Assembly: GCA_950097015.1 (NCBI GenBank)
Contig: CATNEN010000038.1
Span: 5,022,001-5,086,000, forward strand
Reading direction: 5' to 3'
Source: Macrostomum hystrix
Taxonomy: Eukaryota > Animalia > Platyhelminthes
DNA: 64,000 bases
Made by a program: the position numbers and the translations under genes. This document shows, piece by piece, positions 57,426 through 64,000 of this stretch. The notes beneath the pieces were generated by a model. The model did not search any database. It worked only from the letters and a program-made list of their open reading frames with translations, and was not told where the DNA came from. Within the stretch, counting starts at the first letter, position 1, and every line of letters begins with the position of its first letter.

Positions 57426-58230
57426 TGACCCATCCTCTGAAACTTCAGTGAGTCATCTCTGACCCATCCACTGAACCTTCAGTGAGTCATCTCTGACCCA
57501 TCCACTGAAACTTCAGTGAGTCATCTCTGACCCATCCTCTGAACCTTCAGTGAGTCATCTCTGACCCATCCTCTGAACTTTCAGTGATTCATCTCTGACC
57601 CATCCTCTGAACCTTCAGTGAGTCATCTCTGACCCATCCACTGAAACTTCAGTGAGTCATCTCTGACCCATCCTCTGAACCTTCAGTGAGTCATCTCTGA
57701 CCCATCCTCTGAACCTTCAGTGAGTCATCTCTGACCCATCCACTGAACCTTCAGTGAGTCATCTCTGACCCATCCTCTGAAAATTCAGTGAGTCATCTCT
57801 GACCCATCCACTGAAACTTCAGTGAGTCATCTCTGACCCATCCACTGAACCTTCAGTGAGTCATCTCTGACCCATCCACTGAACCTTCAGTGAGTCATCT
57901 CTGACCCATCCACTGAAACTTCAGTGAGTCATCTCTGACCCTTCCACTGAACCTTCAGTGAGTCATCTCTGACCCATCCACTGAACCTTCAGTGAGTCAT
58001 CTCTGACCCATCCTCTGAACCTTTAGTGAGTCATCTCTGACCCATCCACTGAACCTTCAGTGAGTCATCTCTGACCCATCCACTGAAACTTCAGTGAGTC
58101 ATCTCTGACCCATCCTCTGAAAATTCAGTGAGTCATCTCTGACCCATCCACTGAACCTTCAGTGAGTCATCTCTGACCCATCCACTGAACCTTCAGTGAG
58201 TCATCTCTGACCCATCCACTGAACCTTCAG
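57426..58230. repeat. 34-bp minisatellite GACCCATCCACTGAACCTTCAGTGAGTCATCTCT (~23 units)
   Basis: Direct reading. Confidence 0.96.
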
Positions 58231-58840
58231 TTTGAAAGTCGATAAGAAATAATCGACCTAAACACCAAGGAAAGTGAGCTTATTCTGAGTATTGAAATGT
58301 CTCTAACAGCTCCAAAAATGTGTATTTACGAAGACCATTGTCTGTCGCCATTTGATTGTTAATCTAGAGCTCTAGCTTGCATCTGACTGAAAGCAATCTT
58401 GCAAAGATACGAGTTAAAAAGCAACTTGAACTAATTGAGAGAAATCAAAACAGAAGACAAGCTATTCTAGTGGAAAGAAAAGTTAGAAATTTGATTTACA
58501 AAAAGTTACAAACTAACAATATGGACTCTCTTGACTGCAGAACTGTGCAGTAACTTCAGGCTATCTGACAGAAAACACAATTTGTAAATTAAATAAAATA
58601 ATAAATTTGAGAACTAGAAATTCTACATTAAAATAATCCAATATAATGGTTGTTAGTGTGACACAATAGTTAATCAAAATCGAACCAATTGGTGTTCTAA
58701 GGCACAATAAGATTAATCAATTCAATCTTATACCAAACGCAGTCGTTTTAAATAAATGACAATTAATCGATACTTAAAGTAGTATCTGGTGTGGAAATCT
58801 GGTTTTCGGAAACACTGCCGGTTTTAAGATTGTGTAGGCG

Positions 58841-59035
58841 CAGCCACAATGGAATTGGAATGTAGCCACAATGGGTTTGGAATGTAGCCACAATGGAATT
58901 GGAATGTAGCCACAATGGAATTGGAATGTAGCCTCAATGGAATTGGAATGTAGCCTCAATGGAATTGGAATGTAGCCACAATGGAATTGGAATGTAGCCA
59001 CAATGGGTTTGGAATGTAGCCACAATAGGTTTGGA
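58841..59035. repeat. 22-bp minisatellite GTAGCCACAATGGAATTGGAAT in the 3' flank/UTR of the STYXL1-like gene
   Basis: Direct reading. Confidence 0.9.
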
Positions 59036-59096
59036 ACCCTAATGGATTTGGAATATGAAATCAAAACGGATTTGAAATGACGCCACGATGCTCACA

Positions 59097-62000
59097 TCAG
59101 GCCAGGCTGGGACAGAACAATCGTCTTTCAACATCCAGCAGCTCCTTCTCTCTGTTGGCATCCAGCTCAACAACCGCCCAGGCGTCCCTGACTCGACTGA
59201 TGGCGTCCCTCAGCAGGTGGCGGTGCTTCCACATGGTGTAGGCTACCACAAGGGCCTTGCCGACCGAGATGCAACCGAAGCACAGCAGTACACACTCGCC
59301 CTTGTCCTCCGTGTGCTTCATCAGCCACAGGGCGGCTTCCACATCGTCGCTGAATGAAGCCACACGCAGGCAGGCCAACCGACGGCTGGTAAACTGGAAG
59401 TGGCAGTACTTCTCCACCGCCTTGCTGTCGGTGATGACAGACTGGTACATCGACATGGACTCAACCGACAGCGCGAACTGCTGCTCGTGAATGAGATAGA
59501 CGCAGTCTTCGAAGACAGTCGGCACTGGGCTGCTGCCACCCAGGTAGGCCGCCAGATTGACGTCGCAGTCGAGGACGTGAATTGAGAGGCTGCAGGAGTT
59601 GCAACAGAGCTGCAGGTGCTGCATCAGCTGGTCTCTCAAGACTAGCAGGGCTTCCCTAGGACAGCCAATCAGGCTGGAGGCTAGAACTAGGTAGCGATGG
59701 CCCTTGCTGATTCGCTCGAGCTGCAAGCTGTCGGCTTCGAGCAGGTCGCTAACGGAAAATGCGACCAGGTGGCTGAGATCCAGCCTGGAGGTCTCGCCTT
59801 CGTCGCGACAGTCGACAATGGCAACAAGGTGCCGCCTCTCTGCCATGAGGTTGTGCAACTGCTCGATGCTCAGCAGTACATTAGTTGCCGCGGAAGAACA
59901 AAGCGTCGACGTCGTGCTGGCCGTTGTAGCGTCCATCGCCGCCCGGTTGCCATAGTGATATGGAGCCGGCTCCAGCAGCTGGCCGAACACTCTGGGGTCG
60001 TCTGGCAGCGGGCAGTGGTGTTTGTACGCCCTGGCCCGGTCCATGAAGGACAGCCGAGGCGGGCCGCGGCCCAAGACTGCGGCCAGCTGGGAGGCAAAGC
60101 CGCCGGTTGAGCCGGACGAGGCGGACGAGGCTCCAATTCCCGCGGCCGAGCCGCCAACCTCCAGGTCGGCCGAGGTTCGAGTCCCAATTTTTGCTGACGT
60201 CGCTTTGCGCTGCTCGACAACGGAGCCGGCGGCGGGGGCGGCGCAGTCGGTGACGGCGGCGCTTGCGGAGGCACAGCGAATCTGGACGGGAGCCGCAGCG
60301 ATGACGGCAGTCTGGGTTAGCTGAGTCAGCTGGGTCGGCTGGGTGGTCGGCTGGTGGGTCAACAGGCTGGTCTGGTCGGGAATCAGGATGCCCCGACTGC
60401 AGAGATCCCGCACTGATAGTGTCTGCTGCAGCATTGTGTTCGGTGACCATAGATTAATAATAGTAATAGTAATAGTAATAGGTAGGTGTTAGGCTGTTGG
60501 CACTGATGCATTTGGCGACAGTCGACCCGCATTCATTTCTCACCCTTCATTTCTCATTCCTACATTTCTCACTCCTTCATTTCTCAACCCCATCATTTTT
60601 CATCATTTAATTTCTCAACCCACATTTCTCACCCTTCATTTATCATTTCCATCATTTCTCACCCTTCATTTCTCACCCCTACATTTCTCACTCCTTCATT
60701 TCTCAACCCCATCATTTTTCATCATTTCATTTCTCACCCTTCATTTATCATCCACATAATTTCTCACCCTTCATTTCTCACCCCTCTATTTCTCAACCCT
60801 TCATTTCTCACCCTTCATTTATCATCCACATCATTTCTCACCCTTCATTTCTCACCCCTTTTTTTCTCAACCCCTCCATGTCTCGCGCATTCATTTCTCA
60901 CCCCTTCATTTCTCACCCTTCATTTCTCACCCTTCATTTCTCACCCCTTCATTTCGCACCCATTCATTTCTCACCCCTTCATGTCTCACGCATTCATTTC
61001 ATAACCTCTTCAATTCTCACCCCTTCATTTCTCACCCATGCATGTCTCACGCATGAATGAATTTCTTACACCTTCATTTCTCTTTTCTCATCCACAGTCA
61101 GATCCTAGAATCCGAATATTTTGTCCTAAATCCCACGCAGTGATTTTTGTGCCGGCTGCTCATTTATGGGACGCTGCCCAGTGATAAGCTCTTACACCTG
61201 ACTGATCAGTGATCAGCTGCCTCACCTGACTTGATCTTTATTCTCATCTGCTTCGCATCGGATTTTGATTTATTGTTTATTTCCGATTGCACTAAGTACC
61301 CCGACTGCCTATTCTATATTTTCCTCTGATCGCCTACGCATTGCATTCTACTCTCTGTAGGCTGTCTTATTTTCTACCTTAATCACTCTCATGCTCTACC
61401 TTCCTCTCCCCCCTCATCTCTAGGTGTATCTCCCACACTCTCTCGCCTCTCAGATCACTCATTCATTCCACTTCTCTTTCTCATTCTCTTTCTTCATCAC
61501 TCCCGTGAGCTATCCCACCATTCCCCTTCATCTCTCTCCTCTTCTCTACCCTCATCTTCCCCTCATCTCTCCCTCATCTCTCCCCTCTTGTCTCCTCTTG
61601 TCATTCACCTCATCTCTCCCCCCATCTCCCTCATCTCTCCCCCATCTCCCTCATCTCCCTCATCTCTCCCCCATCTCCCTCATCTCTCCCTCATCTCTCC
61701 CTCATCTCTCCCTCATCTCTCCCTCATCTCTCCCCTCATGTCTCCCCTTGTCATTCACCTCATCTCTCCCCCCATCTCCCTCATCTCTCCCCCATCTCCC
61801 TCATCTCTCCCTCATCTCTCCCCCCATCTCCCTCATCTCTCCCCCATCTCCCTCATCTCTCCCCCATCTCCCTCATCTCTCCCTCATCTCTCCCTCATCT
61901 CTCCCATCATGTCTCCCCTTGTCATTCACCTCATCTCTCCCCCATCTCCCTCATCTCTCCCTCATCTCTCCCTCATCTCTCCCTCATCTCTCCCCTCATG

Positions 62001-62323
62001 TCTCCCCTTGTCATTCACCTCATCTCCCCCCCATCTCCCTCATCTCTCCCTCATCTCTCCCTCATCTCTCCCTCATCTCCCCTTCATCTCTCCCTCATCT
62101 CTCTTCACGCCATTCAGATTGGCAAAGCAGCTCGGAGTCTCACCATCTTGCCCGGACCATCTGAACTCTTGAGTCCTTTCTGCTCAGCCGCCGCTTTGCC
62201 CACAGAAGTCATCGTCTGCATGTCGATGGTGACCTCCCTGGCCGTGGCGGGCTCCTCATCGTCTGGCGCCTCCATTTCGCTGTGCGTCACCTCCATGAAC
62301 TCAAAGGCCTCATTGTCGCACAT
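59097..62323 (-). CDS. Rhodanese + catalytically dead dual-specificity phosphatase (STYXL1/MK-STYX-like pseudophosphatase), ~500 aa
   Basis: Exon 62323-62144 (MCDNEAFEF...GPGKM|GTGAGA) joins in phase 0 to a CAGCAG acceptor at 60425/60422, reading to the stop at 59097. Rhodanese-like LLSIEQLHNLM...IVDCRD...IHVL; DUSP-like CVLLCFGCISVGKALVVAYTMW...LRDAISRVR...ELLDVERRL. Confidence 0.72.
60528..61085. repeat. Degenerate ~14-bp CACCCTTCATTTCT repeat (intronic)
   Basis: Direct reading. Confidence 0.88.
61555..62102. repeat. Polypyrimidine CCCTCATCTCT-type compound repeat (intronic)
   Basis: Direct reading. Confidence 0.9.
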
Positions 62324-63480
62324 ACCGTGAGCTGTTCTCAACTATAACCAAATCCTTAGTCAGCTCCCCCAAGTCCTTGGAGCAGTCTCTATTGTCCCAT
62401 GATGCTTCTCCTAGAATCTGAAGTACAGTGCATGAGCTCAGGGTCTACTCAAACAGCTCCAGTTCAAATTAGCTGTTTTTTTCTCACGTCCGATAAAATT
62501 TTTTTCTCGATTGTCGTGAAAAGAAGAATCCTGTGCGAACAGCGTTCCAGGTGGGGGGTATGCCTTCCTTCCTTCCTCTCCTCTCCTCTCGTCTCCTCTC
62601 CCAACAATGCTGAGCTCCTGTTCTTAAAATTCCATTGGACCTTTCCAGATCCAACGCGAGCTCACAGACCCCACCCCATCAACCTCCCCCGCCTCCTGAT
62701 CCGCAGTTGTACACCTGTATGCCGCATTTTGGCACTCCGGACAGGCCAGACAAACGATTCCCATGACGACAACCCCAATGTAAGCCCCCCAATCCTCCCC
62801 AATGTTCGCCATTGGAAGGCCAGACAGGAATGCTCAGGATGTACATTTGGCAGTGCGGTGAGCATCCCCCCTGCATGCCCAGGTGGTGAAGGCTGGAGCA
62901 GGGAAGGACAGGGATGAGGCTGACAAATTGCAGCGATGCTCCAATCGCTTATCCAGCCAGGGCTAAGTGGAGCTTATTTATCAAATATATTCGCTGCTGC
63001 ACTCGTAATTAGAAGTGAAAACACAGTAGATACTACACAAGGCTTGCGTTAGTTGAGGCTTGCGCTGCTGGATTATTTCACCTGTGAGTAGGGAGTAGAG
63101 AATGGTAAAAGCTTGTGGAGTTCACCAAGAGAGACCGGAGGGTGGGTTGCAGATGGCGACACATGATTTGAGTCGGGCGGGTGAGGTTCTCTCAACTTGT
63201 CCCTCCGCACCTGCAGTATTCTCTGGTTCGCTCTTCGCTATTGCTGAGAGGCTGCTGTGAAGTAAAGAGGACGAACGACTCAGTAATTAAAGGAACTAAG
63301 AGAGAGAGAGGCACGGAGCAGAAAAGTCTGCTTCAGCAGGTAGCAGGATGTAACCAAGTTCAGAAAAAAAACGCAAATGAACATGGAAAATAGTGTGCAA
63401 GCCTAGCTGCTATTGACATTGCTGAGAGACTTAATGTGCTCAATGAATGTAAGGCGTCTTGGCAGGAGGAATAAGGAAGA

Positions 63481-64000
63481 TTGGGTGAGACTAGGATAGA
63501 CTGGGATAGACTGGGAGAGACTGGGATAGACTGGGAGAGACTGGGATAGACTGGGAGAGACTGTGAGAGACTAGGATAGACTGGGAGAGACTAGGAGACA
63601 CTGGGTGACACTGGGAGAGTCTGGGAGAGACTAGGAGAGCTGAGAGACTGGGAGACACTGGGTGACACTAGGAGAGACCGGGATAGACTGTGAGAGACTG
63701 GTAGAGACTAGGTGAGACTGGGAGAGACTGTGAGAGACTGTGAGAGACTGTGAGAGACTGGGAGAGACTGGGATAGACTGGGAGAGACTGGGAGAGACTG
63801 GGAGAGACTGGGATAGACTGGGAGAGACTGGGAGAGACTGGGAGAGACTGTGAGAGACTGGGAGAGACTGGGAGAGACTGGGAGAGACTGGGAGAGACTG
63901 GGAGAGACTGGGTGACACTGGGTGAGACTTGGTGAAACAGGGTGAGACTTGGTGAAACAGGGTGAGACTTGGTGAAACAGGGTGAGACTTGGTGAAACAG
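63481..64000. repeat. 10-bp CTGGGAGAGA repeat grading into 20-bp GGTGAGACTTGGTGAAACAG; continues past window end
   Basis: Direct reading. Confidence 0.92.

Noticed and set aside
62399-62940. Possible L1/Tx1 LINE remnant or CDS
   Set aside because: Only a GGLG-like word; no ordered RT motifs or splice support.

Overview
Eukaryotic (animal) genomic DNA with spliceosomal GT-AG introns. Roughly one third of the window (~21-22 kb by my tally) is about 30 different mini/microsatellite arrays. This architecture is reminiscent of the free-living flatworm Macrostomum, but that assignment is inference only. Hand-spliced genes: a partial minus-strand low-complexity ORF running off the left edge; a divergent TEX11/ZIP4(SPO22)-like TPR gene ending in a ~1000-aa S/T/P-rich exon; a Pax3/7-like paired+homeodomain gene; a complete 14-exon clade-B (Col5/11-like) fibrillar collagen; a 2-exon orphan; a single-exon rhodopsin-class GPCR; and a rhodanese+dead-DUSP (STYXL1/MK-STYX-like) pseudophosphatase. 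Mobile DNA: an internally deleted Tc1 (DD34E), an adjacent dead mariner, two tRNA-derived SINE families (one with a CORE-like domain) and a decayed LINE RT fragment. Most long ORFs in the track are artefacts of tandem repeats. The most unusual signal is the arrays themselves: several appear to be local amplifications of functional signals (a SINE Pol III A-box, splice donors/acceptors, an AP-1 site, a perfect coiled-coil heptad), and many unrelated units share a TGACA core.
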